Origin: a virus
Strand: one strand, 5' to 3'
Length of the DNA stretch: 64,000 nucleotides
IMG/VR virus record: IMGVR_UViG_3300017971_000013
Span: 1 to 64,000 of that record
Part shown: piece after piece, positions 38,715-47,352 of the stretch
Layout: each line of letters opens with the position of its first letter
Position numbering within the stretch: position 1 is the first letter of the stretch
Translations under genes and position numbers: made by a program
Notes under the pieces: model-generated
The model's input: only the letters and a program-made list of their open reading frames with translations
What the model was told of the DNA's origin: nothing
Database searches by the model: none

Positions 38715-39818
38715 ATGGCCAATTACGCAAAGATGAGCATTCCTCAGCTGAAGAAAGTCGCCGCTGGTCTTGGTATCAATACGCCACCTCGTGGCCGTAC
38801 CAAGCTTGTGAAGGCAATTGAAGCTGCCGAGAAGTCTTCAAAGAAGGCCCCTAAGAAGGCTGCCCCTAAAAAGAAGGCCCCTAAGAAGACTTCTAAGAAG
38901 GCTGCTCCTGTTGTCGAAACAACAGAAGTTGACTTCGAAGCTCTTGAGGAGATGGCCAAGATGGCTGTCGATGGTAATGTGCTTTTGGGTAAGCGCATTA
39001 AGGACCTTGAGAAGGAAGTCGCCGCGCTGAAGGCTGAACTTTTCGATGAAGAAGAGTCAGAGGAAGAGCCGGAAGAAGAGGTAGAGGGCGAGGAAGTCTC
39101 ACTTGAGATGCTTCAGGGCATGTCTGGTAAGGAGATTCGTTTGCTGCTTAAGGACTCTGGCGCTGAGAATTTGCCTCGTAACGCATCCAAGGAAACTTGG
39201 GTTGGTAAGGCAGTGGATTTCTTTGAACTCGAAGCTGAGGAAGAGGAGGAAGAGGAAGTGTCCGAGGCCACCCCTGAAGAGGTCCTTGAGATGGACATCA
39301 AGGAATTGAAGGACTTCATTAGGGAGCAAGAGCTCGATATTTCTCTCCGTGGTCGTCAGAAGTTGGAAACCTTGCAGGACAAGGTTTTCGATGAACTGGG
39401 ATGGGAATTTCCAGAGGAAGAAGAAGAGCCGGAAGAGGAAGAAGTCGAAGAAGATGATGTACCTGACTTCTCGAAGATGAACAAGAAAAAGCTTCTTGCC
39501 TTCATCGAGGATGAAGAGATCGAATTCGACGATGATCCTAGCGAGTATTCGGTGAAGGATATTCGTGAGGCGCTCACTGAGATGTACTCTGAGGAAGAGC
39601 CCGAGGAAGAGGAAGAAGAGGACGAGTTCGAACTGTCGTTCGATATGGATGACATTAAGACCGCCTCTAAGAAGGAACTCAAGAAGATGTTTGCAGAAGT
39701 GAACGGAATCTGTGAGGACCTCGAGGTTGAAGGTATTACTTTCAAGCCTCAGAGTACGGTTAAGATGAACCGTGGCATGCTTATGGCTGCCATCGAGGAG
39801 CTGACTGAGGGAAACTAG
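38715..39818 (+). CDS. Acidic protein with ~5 HeH/Rho-N-like repeats and an H1-like KKAP segment
   Basis: Repeated M(S/D/N)xxxLK..a...gI helices separated by poly-Glu; KKAPKKAAPKKKAPKK; GC3-rich codons. Confidence 0.65.
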   Translation: MANYAKMSIPQLKKVAAGLGINTPPRGRTKLVKAIEAAEKSSKKAPKKAAPKKKAPKKTSKKAAPVVETTEVDFEALEEMAKMAVDGNVLLGKRIKDLEKEVAALKAELFDEEESEEEPEEEVEGEEVSLEMLQGMSGKEIRLLLKDSGAENLPRNASKETWVGKAVDFFELEAEEEEEEEVSEATPEEVLEMDIKELKDFIREQELDISLRGRQKLETLQDKVFDELGWEFPEEEEEPEEEEVEEDDVPDFSKMNKKKLLAFIEDEEIEFDDDPSEYSVKDIREALTEMYSEEEPEEEEEEDEFELSFDMDDIKTASKKELKKMFAEVNGICEDLEVEGITFKPQSTVKMNRGMLMAAIEELTEGN

Positions 39819-39820
39819 GA

Positions 39821-40006
39821 GTGAGGGAACGGGCTCCCGGCCCGGACCCAAAACTTCTAAAATCCTTCTTGGCTACTCGCCCGGAGTGGATAGAAGATAC
39901 CTGTCTTGAAGCTTCGGGCGAAGCAGCTTGTCTTGAATGTCCAAAAGAAGTCGTCTGGGCTTGTACCAGATACTACATGTCTTTTGCGGAGGTAAACGAG
40001 CAATGA
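39821..40006 (+). CDS. Hypothetical Cys-rich protein
   Basis: Coupled ORF. Confidence 0.45.
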   Translation: MRERAPGPDPKLLKSFLATRPEWIEDTCLEASGEAACLECPKEVVWACTRYYMSFAEVNEQ

Positions 40007-40530
40007 GTGAGCAACAGCAGAATGTGAGCATCGAGTCGAAATGGAATGAACTGGTCACGTTCGTGCGTGAGCGCATGGACGAGATGGGACAGAGGATAGA
40101 AGCAGTTGAGGCGATGGTGGAGGATATCCGACAGAATCCACCCGTCGAAATCGCCGATGTCATCGAAGACAACATCAAGGCACTTGCAACCGAGGCCGCT
40201 AACGAAGCGGCAGAGGTTAAAGTAGGTGATATGTGCGAGATGTTCATGTCAGAGATTCAGTCTCTGACGAACATGGTTCAGAGCCAAAGTGATCGCCTGG
40301 CCTATATCGTTATGGAAGGAGAAGAGCCTTCCGAGGAAGAGCCGGTGCTCGAAAGCTTCGAGCAAGGTATGTTTGTGGCAGTAGAAGAGGTGGTTTATAC
40401 TCTTGTTACTGTTATGGATGAGGGCGCTACGGCCGTTGGTTTGGCAGTCGAAGATCCAACTATTCCACCGATTCGTGTGACGCTGGATTCTGATTTCGAG
40501 GTTGTTGAACCAGTTGAAGACGACGAATAA
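40003..40530 (+). CDS. Hypothetical acidic protein
   Basis: GGAGG RBS. Confidence 0.55.
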   Translation: MSEQQQNVSIESKWNELVTFVRERMDEMGQRIEAVEAMVEDIRQNPPVEIADVIEDNIKALATEAANEAAEVKVGDMCEMFMSEIQSLTNMVQSQSDRLAYIVMEGEEPSEEEPVLESFEQGMFVAVEEVVYTLVTVMDEGATAVGLAVEDPTIPPIRVTLDSDFEVVEPVEDDE

Positions 40531-40598
40531 ATTCTAACTCTTAACCGTTGCCTATCGACTAACATTGCCGGTAGGCAACATTAAGCGTTTGAGTTTTG

Positions 40599-40632
40599 AA
40601 CCCGTATGGCATTGTGCTGTGCGGGTTTTTTT
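40599..40632 (+). terminator. Intrinsic terminator
   Basis: AACCCGTATGGC...GCTGTGCGGGTT followed by a T run. Confidence 0.7.
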
Positions 40633-40656
40633 GTGCCTAACTGCTAGGAGGTAAAA

Positions 40657-40995
40657 ATGAAGCTAAGATTCAAGAAGAAAGGCGGAGTTAAGAAGACTCG
40701 TAGAACTGTGAAGAAAGAGAATCCTACAATTGCGTTGATTAATAAGATGAAGGAGATTACCACCATGGAGGTGGGGGGCACGATCTTCAAGTTCATGATT
40801 GAGGAATATAAGAACAAATGGTACTTTAAGATAAAGCCGATGTTCCGGGCGAATGATGGCACGTTGGTGTACAAAAAAGGAGGGCTTGTAATGGCCCTTC
40901 CTAAGAACGCCAATGCGATGGAGGAGTTGCGCGATACCATCGATATTTGTGTTTCTATCTTTGATGCCGCCGATGAGAATGGAATTTTCGGATGA
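40657..40995 (+). CDS. PC4/YdbC-like ssDNA-binding protein
   Basis: EEYKNKWYFKIKPMFRANDGTLVYKKGGL resembles the PC4 signature. Confidence 0.55.
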   Translation: MKLRFKKKGGVKKTRRTVKKENPTIALINKMKEITTMEVGGTIFKFMIEEYKNKWYFKIKPMFRANDGTLVYKKGGLVMALPKNANAMEELRDTIDICVSIFDAADENGIFG

Positions 40996-41225
40996 AGTAT
41001 AAATATATTGATGTTGAGCGCTTTCCAGCGTTGCCCGATGGGGCAACCGATATTTCTATCACTCTCTATAACTTTGAAAGGAAAGTTATTGGCGGAGCGG
41101 CTAGATTGGTGTGTGGTATGCTGACAGCCTGGTTCGACACTGGGTTGGGCGTTGTCACACTGTCTGGTCGGGAGGCACATGAGTTTATTGATGATTGCTT
41201 GGAGGTGGCTAACAGTGAGCCCTGA
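40992..41225 (+). CDS. Hypothetical protein
   Basis: Coupled ORF. Confidence 0.5.
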   Translation: MKYKYIDVERFPALPDGATDISITLYNFERKVIGGAARLVCGMLTAWFDTGLGVVTLSGREAHEFIDDCLEVANSEP

Positions 41226-41586
41226 AACAGTGTATTCTCTGCTTGCTCAGGTGTTCGAGATCCATTACGGCTTTGAGGAGGCCGTGGTTAAGAGATACTC
41301 GGATGTCACGGGCGAAGCAAAGTTTGATGTGGAGGAGGCGCCCGAGCATTCCTACTTTCCATACCGAAACAGATACTCTATCACATACATAAGTCCCTAT
41401 GAAATACCTGGAGTGTACATATCGACGGTAGGGTTTGTGTTCGGGTATCTTGTTTCTGTCTTTCGTAAGGAAAACCAGTGGGTGGTGATGGATAAGCAAA
41501 TGCTTAATCCTACTTACTACCATTTTTCTACGGCGATCGCGGCGGCACAGAAGGCCATAGAAGTGGCTTTAGAAAGGAAGATATGA
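41215..41586 (+). CDS. Hypothetical protein
   Basis: GGAGG RBS before GTG. Confidence 0.5.
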   Translation: MSPETVYSLLAQVFEIHYGFEEAVVKRYSDVTGEAKFDVEEAPEHSYFPYRNRYSITYISPYEIPGVYISTVGFVFGYLVSVFRKENQWVVMDKQMLNPTYYHFSTAIAAAQKAIEVALERKI

Positions 41587-42029
41587 GCATCGAGGAATAT
41601 AAAGACGAAGTCTCCAAGGTTCTGATTAAAGTGAATTATGGTCGTGCTGAGGCTTATTTCCAATGGCAGGATTCAGTTGGTAACTGTGATGCGATTTTGA
41701 TGACTCTCTTTGAGAGTGACTCAGAGGAGATGTTCCTTGAGGAGAAACTCCGGTGGGAGTTCAATGATGACGGCACCTTACTTCGTCTGTTTGTTGGCAC
41801 AGAAGAAGTTCTCAGAGACAGAGCCCCTTATTTGAAGTTCGTATTGTATGGTGGATCGAAGCCGCGTGATTTGATCTTAGATGATTTCACACGAATCTTT
41901 GAATATGGGCTAGAGTATCACTTGGAGCCGATTTTTCTAGAATGTGGTTGTGGTTGCGAGATGCGACAGTATGGTTTCTGTCATTTCGACGTGGAGCGTG
42001 CTACAGCGGGAACTAACAGAGTAAGCTGA
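41583..42029 (+). CDS. Hypothetical protein
   Basis: Coupled ORF. Confidence 0.5.
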   Translation: MSIEEYKDEVSKVLIKVNYGRAEAYFQWQDSVGNCDAILMTLFESDSEEMFLEEKLRWEFNDDGTLLRLFVGTEEVLRDRAPYLKFVLYGGSKPRDLILDDFTRIFEYGLEYHLEPIFLECGCGCEMRQYGFCHFDVERATAGTNRVS

Positions 42030-42213
42030 GCACGAGCAAGGAATCGTCGGGAGTTCGATAAAGCTCATCAATGGCTGGAAGTTCTTTGTTCACCTTTTCA
42101 ACAGACTTGACTGTCGAATCGGTGAGAGGTAGACTTGGCTCGTGACCTGTAAGGTTTAGCTCCGCCTTACAGGCTGCCAATACTTTACCTCCAAAGAAGA
42201 CTTGGCATAAGTT

Positions 42214-42251
42214 AAGCCCCTTGCATTGATTTGCAGGGGGCTTTTCTTTTT
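42214..42251 (+). terminator. Intrinsic terminator
   Basis: AAGCCCCTTGCA...TGCAGGGGGCTT followed by a T-rich tail. Confidence 0.7.
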
Positions 42252-42322
42252 GCCTTCAAAAGTGTTAATATTGCCACTTAGCAACGTTTAGGTGTCAATC
42301 TTATTACTTTTGGAGCGTAATA

Positions 42323-44425
42323 ATGACTAGGTACTTTTTTGCAGGAGGGGACTCTAAGCCCGCAATTAAGTGTATGCTCGCATGTGACGTCAAAAATATT
42401 CTGTTTAGCTTCTTCTATATACAGAAAAAGCGGCAGAAGAATTTTGATGCCCTTGTAAGTCAGCTGACAGAACTCAAGGAAAAAGGTGGTTATACTTTTA
42501 TCTTAGATTCTGGTGGCTTTACTTATAAAGATGTAGCGGGCCGAGGGTTTCAAACTGTTAGAAGTGAAGCAGGCGCTGTACGGACAAAGAAGCTAGATCC
42601 ATATGCGTATTTAGAGGAATACACCAAATTTCTTATACAATATGGACACTTGTTTGATGTCTGTGCAGAGTTTGAACCGGACGAAGTGTTCGGCGGCGTA
42701 GATATTGTAGATGAGAACAGAGAGAAGATGCTAGCCACCTTCGAGAAGCACGGTGTAGAGGTTAACCTCATGCCTGTGTTTGATTCTTTCATAAGGGATC
42801 TAGATACGTGGGAAGAGTGGTGTGAAGATTCTAGATACAAGCATCTTGGTTTTGTGGGAAATGATATACGTCTTGCTTCTCGTCTTGTAAATAAGGCGCA
42901 TAGACACGGCAAAAAAGTACATGGTTTCGCGCAGACTAAGATTGAGGATCTTCAAAGAGCTAAGTTTGATACTGTGGATTCTACAGGATGGATTTCTGGG
43001 CAGAAATATGGAGAGGTGTTCATATTTCAACGTGGTAAATGGACCAGACTAAACGCTACCCAAAAGAATAAGCGCAAGCTTTATAAGAACTATTTCAAGG
43101 CAATTGGGATAGATTGGGACCTCATCAATAGAGATGATCCCAATGAGTTACTTAAAGCCTCATGTTTGTCCTGGAAGCGTTTGTTTGATCACTTTGAGGC
43201 TAGGTCTATATTAGAGACAGCCAGTACCACCTCCTTAAAGAGAGCAGCACCAACAAAGCCTGTTCGTGGGGTGTTGATGCAGTTAGCTGAGCTTGGTGTA
43301 GACAAAAAACCACGGGAGCGTAATGTCCCAAAGAAGACAATCAAAGTGGGGGGTAAGATACGGCTTATGTCGACGAAAGCGACAGCGTTCGACGCACAGA
43401 AGATCATTGCACGGGCGTTGGAGTTGTCGGAACTCCCTGTCGAGGAAGCCTGGGAAAAAGCCTTTGGGCGAGATGAGCAAGAAATAACTGTTGATGAGCA
43501 AGAGATGAACGCGTTGTTTAAGCCTAAAAGAGCCAGAGGGTTTAGCCCAGAATGGTATGCGTTGCTAGACCAACAACGTCAGGTAGAAGAGGCATTAGAA
43601 AAAGTCTCGGCAGACAATGAAAAAAGAAATAATAACTGGGACAAGTTCCTGGTGACTGAGCCTCTTATGTCCGAAAACGAGGTAATTTCGCAGGGTTCCA
43701 TTTTAGGTGACACTACAGACTACACAAATATTAAACAAATTCAGGGAAATACCGCAGAAATGGCGGATGGATCGCACGTTGCTAAAGACAACGTTGTTAA
43801 TAGCAACAGAGAAACTTTAGACAGTCAAAACGACCCTACAAAGCTCACATCATCGACGATTCGTAAAAAATTGTCCGTCCATGCGTGTCATACGTGCGCA
43901 GTTTCTACCGATTGCTCTTATTATCAACCTGGCTACTTGTGTTATTACAAACCAGCATTTCAAACGTTGCAAAGTCGCAATGTTAAAGATGTGATGCAGG
44001 CGTTAGAGTATATAACGGACAAGAACCTAGAGAGAACGATGCGCGCGTTTTTGATGGAAGAGATACAGATGGGGGGTCAAGTAGACCCTCAAGCATCAAA
44101 TGTGTCTCAGTTAGCTTTCGGGCAGTTAGAGAAGCTAGCTTCACTGAAACATGCAACCAGACCCGAATCTTTCAAGGTAACACTCGAAGGACAAGGTGAG
44201 TCAGCGTCTATCTTGACCCAACTTTTATCGGGCGCAAAACAGCCCGAAGAGCCAAAACAGTTAGAAGCGCAAGAGACTAATATGATAGATGTGACACCTA
44301 AGAAGAAAGAGAGAATAGAAGAACGCGCGATAAGAGAGTCAAAACAGCAAGGTAACAGACAAGATGAATATGACATTACTGAATTAGCTACGATACAGAA
44401 AATGTTTGTTCCTGATCAACAGTAG
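42323..44425 (+). CDS. DpdA/TGT-like transglycosylase fused to a C-terminal Cys4 + helical domain
   Basis: ILDSGGFT, LMPVF, VHGFAQT, TVDSTGW...KYG TGT-fold motifs; C-terminal CHTC..C..C. Confidence 0.7.
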   Translation: MTRYFFAGGDSKPAIKCMLACDVKNILFSFFYIQKKRQKNFDALVSQLTELKEKGGYTFILDSGGFTYKDVAGRGFQTVRSEAGAVRTKKLDPYAYLEEYTKFLIQYGHLFDVCAEFEPDEVFGGVDIVDENREKMLATFEKHGVEVNLMPVFDSFIRDLDTWEEWCEDSRYKHLGFVGNDIRLASRLVNKAHRHGKKVHGFAQTKIEDLQRAKFDTVDSTGWISGQKYGEVFIFQRGKWTRLNATQKNKRKLYKNYFKAIGIDWDLINRDDPNELLKASCLSWKRLFDHFEARSILETASTTSLKRAAPTKPVRGVLMQLAELGVDKKPRERNVPKKTIKVGGKIRLMSTKATAFDAQKIIARALELSELPVEEAWEKAFGRDEQEITVDEQEMNALFKPKRARGFSPEWYALLDQQRQVEEALEKVSADNEKRNNNWDKFLVTEPLMSENEVISQGSILGDTTDYTNIKQIQGNTAEMADGSHVAKDNVVNSNRETLDSQNDPTKLTSSTIRKKLSVHACHTCAVSTDCSYYQPGYLCYYKPAFQTLQSRNVKDVMQALEYITDKNLERTMRAFLMEEIQMGGQVDPQASNVSQLAFGQLEKLASLKHATRPESFKVTLEGQGESASILTQLLSGAKQPEEPKQLEAQETNMIDVTPKKKERIEERAIRESKQQGNRQDEYDITELATIQKMFVPDQQ

Positions 44426-44570
44426 CTTGATCGGCGCAAATCACTGTTGTAATATTGATCTTTACGTAAGAGAGGTAACACCTAAAAAAAACTTTGTTGT
44501 AAAAGAAGGTGAACCATGAACAACGAGGGTTAAACCCCTCAAGGATCGGTCTTTTCAGGACCTAGACCAT

Positions 44571-44612
44571 TACCCCGATTGAGTGTCAAAAACTTGGTCG
44601 GGGTATTTTTTT
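44571..44612 (+). terminator. Intrinsic terminator
   Basis: TACCCCGATTGAGT / ACTTGGTCGGGGTA followed by T7. Confidence 0.7.
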
Positions 44613-44659
44613 GCCTAACATTGCACTATTGCAACATCAAAACAAAAGGAGGAGACAAA

Positions 44660-44881
44660 ATGAACGTCACACTATACGTAACAGAAGAGACAAAGAAAGA
44701 CATGGAGTATCTTAAGAAGTATCACAACTTCAAACCAAGTAAACTACTACAGGAGGTAACAACGCTCATCATGGAGAAAACTGAGATCTGTGCTGGTTGT
44801 CCAGCTCGAGCCGATGAAACGTGCGCGGTGTGTAAGTATAACTCTGTGACTATTATAGTAGAGAAACACTTAAAGAGATGA
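44660..44881 (+). CDS. Small RHH-like/Cys-rich protein
   Basis: AGGAGG RBS; MNVTLYVTEE...PSKLLQE. Confidence 0.5.
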   Translation: MNVTLYVTEETKKDMEYLKKYHNFKPSKLLQEVTTLIMEKTEICAGCPARADETCAVCKYNSVTIIVEKHLKR

Positions 44882-44914
44882 CGCTCCCCCGGAGACACCT
44901 CAACGTCTTGTGGC

Positions 44915-45076
44915 GTGGTCTGTAACTACTGTTATGAGAGTATAACAGGCATTCCTTACATAGATGTTGAGGTGGAAGATATTGTCTATTGTGAGTCTTG
45001 TGCAGCTAAATTAGGAGGAACATATAATCTGGGGGTAATAGTCAACGGTCACGTGCAATCTAACGTCGGTGAATAA
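44915..45076 (+). CDS. Small Zn-finger protein (absent from the ORF track)
   Basis: VVCNYC...YCESC; in frame with the upstream gene across a TGA. Confidence 0.4.
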   Translation: MVCNYCYESITGIPYIDVEVEDIVYCESCAAKLGGTYNLGVIVNGHVQSNVGE

Positions 45077-45637
45077 GAGGAGGGCAATCTAAAAGTATCC
45101 AGCGGGAATGAGATGAAAGAAAGTCCCCTCCGGCAGGAGGGTTAGGGTGTCGTTGTATTACCCTAAGAGAGAGAGACACACACACATACATAAGAGCATA
45201 CAAGGAGGACAAGAGAGACAGAGTGACCCGATACCCACCGCATAAGACCTATTGTTTAGAGCATTCTTCACATAGAGGTGGAGTTACTCACATGAGTGGC
45301 AGTCCTCAGAAGTGTAAAGTGGAGTACCTAGGGGCCAGGTGGGGACTATACGTTATGAGCATATGCCCATAACCTAGTGTCTGCCATTCCACTTTTGTTC
45401 ATCTACAACGTGTAAATGGCACCTAGGTGTACCCTAGACCCCCCCTGAGACCAACCTCAGTCCCCCTCACGCCCAGTAAAGTGATCAGTCAGTGAAAAGG
45501 GTCAGTCTTTGGGGGAGTGTATGGGGAGTTCAGTGTCGGGGCAGTGAGTTGGGAGTGAGTATTAAGTGAGTTCTTAACGAGAGTGAGTAGCCGAGAGCCC
45601 TCCTGCAGTGAGTGAGTCAGTGAGTTTCTTCTGTGCG

Positions 45638-45957
45638 ATAAAGTGACACTCCACCAACCACCTCTTATCTCCAAACATTGCCACTTGGCAACCTCAAAAA
45701 GTCCACGTTCATACATTATAAAGTGATATCTTCAGACATCCTCTGTCAGGCAGCGACCATTTCCTACCTTAGCTGTCATTTTCCACTCAAAAAGTCTCGG
45801 CGTGAACGTTATAAAGTGCATGTGTACCTACTATAAAGTGTATACAGAGCACCAATAAAGTGATGTCTCGCAGCAGTTGGTAGTACAGAGCTATGCGAAA
45901 TAAAGTGTTGCGGCGAAAGAGATAAAGTGTGGGCCAAAGTCTCATAGGAAATAAGTG
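45638..45957 (+). repeat. ATAAAGTG direct repeats (iteron-like)
   Basis: Copies at 45638, 45718, 45811, 45833, 45855, 45900, 45922; several spaced 22 bp apart. Confidence 0.75.
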
Positions 45958-46012
45958 ACGCAGCTGCCGGAGCGGACGGACGAGGTCAGTGGTGTCCATA
46001 TTCGGCCATTGA

Positions 46013-46121
46013 CCACATATGGCGATTGAGGTGTCCATATATGGTGATCACCGCATATGGTGAATCCGACCCTTCTATCCATATATGGCGATTCACCCCA
46101 AAATTCGACCATATCTGGCGA
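46013..46121. repeat. CCATATATGGYGA palindrome cluster
   Basis: Five exact or near copies at 46013, 46035, 46051, 46079, 46109; two more at 47694 and 47750. Confidence 0.75.
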
Positions 46122-46490
46122 ATATCCTTTTAAACCCTTGAAACCATGGGTGAAATTCGATCCATCTCTGAAACCCCTCATTTCGGGACACGAAAGCTCT
46201 ATATAATGATAAGGGCGACTGTGGCAAAATGTATACACTGTATATTCAGAGCAACACTTGGTTTGAGCGAGCAACCATGCGGACATGAGCAAATACGTCC
46301 TATACCTACATGTCATACTGTATACATTTTGCTACAGGGTGTTGTGTTGACACCTTGCCATTTGGCAACGTCTGTTCTGTACAGGTTGTACTTTTTTCAA
46401 CCTTTTTACACTCTGTAACATATTGTAATTATGTACAAAACAGCCACAGGCCGAAATTCGACCCAAAAAAACGACACAAAAAAGCGATGG

Positions 46491-46507
46491 TTGGTATCGA
46501 ACCTGCA
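46491..46507 (+). promoter_or_regulatory. Sigma54 (-24/-12) promoter
   Basis: TTGGTATCGAACCTGCA, exact GG-N10-GC spacing, upstream of a hairpin-rich leader. Confidence 0.55.
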
Positions 46508-46593
46508 ATTTAACCTTTGTGTTCGCGGGGGCGAACAAGGGAAGCAAGCCCTACTTGCTAAGGTCCCTTAGGGGACCAAACAGCGGAGCTATC

Positions 46594-46830
46594 ATGGAAT
46601 TGCTAGCTATCATCATGTTTTCGTTCCTTGGTCTGTTCGTTTCTTCTGTTGTAATTCAGAGCAACCTTGCCGTTGTCGTCGCGGCGACTAATCGTAAGAA
46701 CTATCTCGATTTCTGCGAGAATGTAGATAGCGAGCTGAAAGCTATTCATAGACAAATGTACGTAGACGAGATTGTCGCTGAAAGCGACATTTACGCGGCT
46801 GTTGATTGTTTGGGTCTGAGACTACGCTAA
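46594..46830 (+). CDS. Small membrane protein
   Basis: GGAG RBS; N-terminal TM segment. Confidence 0.55.
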   Translation: MELLAIIMFSFLGLFVSSVVIQSNLAVVVAATNRKNYLDFCENVDSELKAIHRQMYVDEIVAESDIYAAVDCLGLRLR

Positions 46831-46867
46831 AACGGTTTTAGGGCGGTTCGATTCCGCCCTTAGCGTA
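46823..46867 (+). ncRNA. tRNA-like minihelix
   Basis: TACGCTA/TAGCGTA stem stacked on AGGGCGG-TTCGATT-CCGCCCT T-arm. Confidence 0.55.
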
Positions 46868-46936
46868 TACCTCTCAATATGGGGTTGAGAGGAAACACAA
46901 CGGCGCTGAATAGGCGCCATATCAGGAGCTAATATC

Positions 46937-47269
46937 ATGCCCACTAAGAACACTAAAAACACAAAAACGATGATTGACCGACTTCGTGCATTGGCCGTAA
47001 ACGGCGACCTGTTCATCCCCTTGGATAGCAAGGGTGAGAAGGTGCTTGAAGCTATCACCTTGAATCAGCTGTTGCAGGCTAGCGCAGGAATCGAACCGTG
47101 TCACGTTGAAGCGGTCTGGCGCTTAGAAGGTAAGGGTGGTTCGTGGTTGTATGAGCGTCGTTTCAAGGGCGGACCACAGATGAAGCGTATCAAACTGCGG
47201 ACACCTATCGAAGGTGTCGTTGTTTCCTTCCCTTCTGGCGATGATACAGAAGACACCGATCTCTGGTAG
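46937..47269 (+). CDS. Hypothetical protein
   Basis: AGGAG RBS. Confidence 0.55.
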   Translation: MPTKNTKNTKTMIDRLRALAVNGDLFIPLDSKGEKVLEAITLNQLLQASAGIEPCHVEAVWRLEGKGGSWLYERRFKGGPQMKRIKLRTPIEGVVVSFPSGDDTEDTDLW

Positions 47270-47352
47270 CCTCTACAGAGACCACACCTGGCGCGCGTTT
47301 GTGTTGGTTGTGGTCTCGATAGAGCCTATCACACACAAAGGGAGAGAAGAAC

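Noticed and set aside
39099-39851. Long minus-strand ORFs (here and elsewhere)
   Set aside because: Shadows of biased plus-strand genes; no RBS or recognisable motifs
42013-42192. Minus-strand ~55-codon ORF with a GGAGG RBS
   Set aside because: The apparent RBS is explained as one arm of a plus-strand hairpin, and the peptide is featureless
42202-42218. TTGGCATAAGTTAAGC as a third sigma54 promoter
   Set aside because: Poor -12 context, and it overlaps a terminator stem
44470-44495. AGAGGTAACACCTAAAAAAAAC after the dpdA-like gene, resembling a preQ1-I riboswitch
   Set aside because: The loop is only 3 nt, too short for the ligand-binding loop and pseudoknot
45811-45929. Regularly spaced repeats as a mini-CRISPR
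   Set aside because: The 8-bp repeat and 14-bp spacers are far too short
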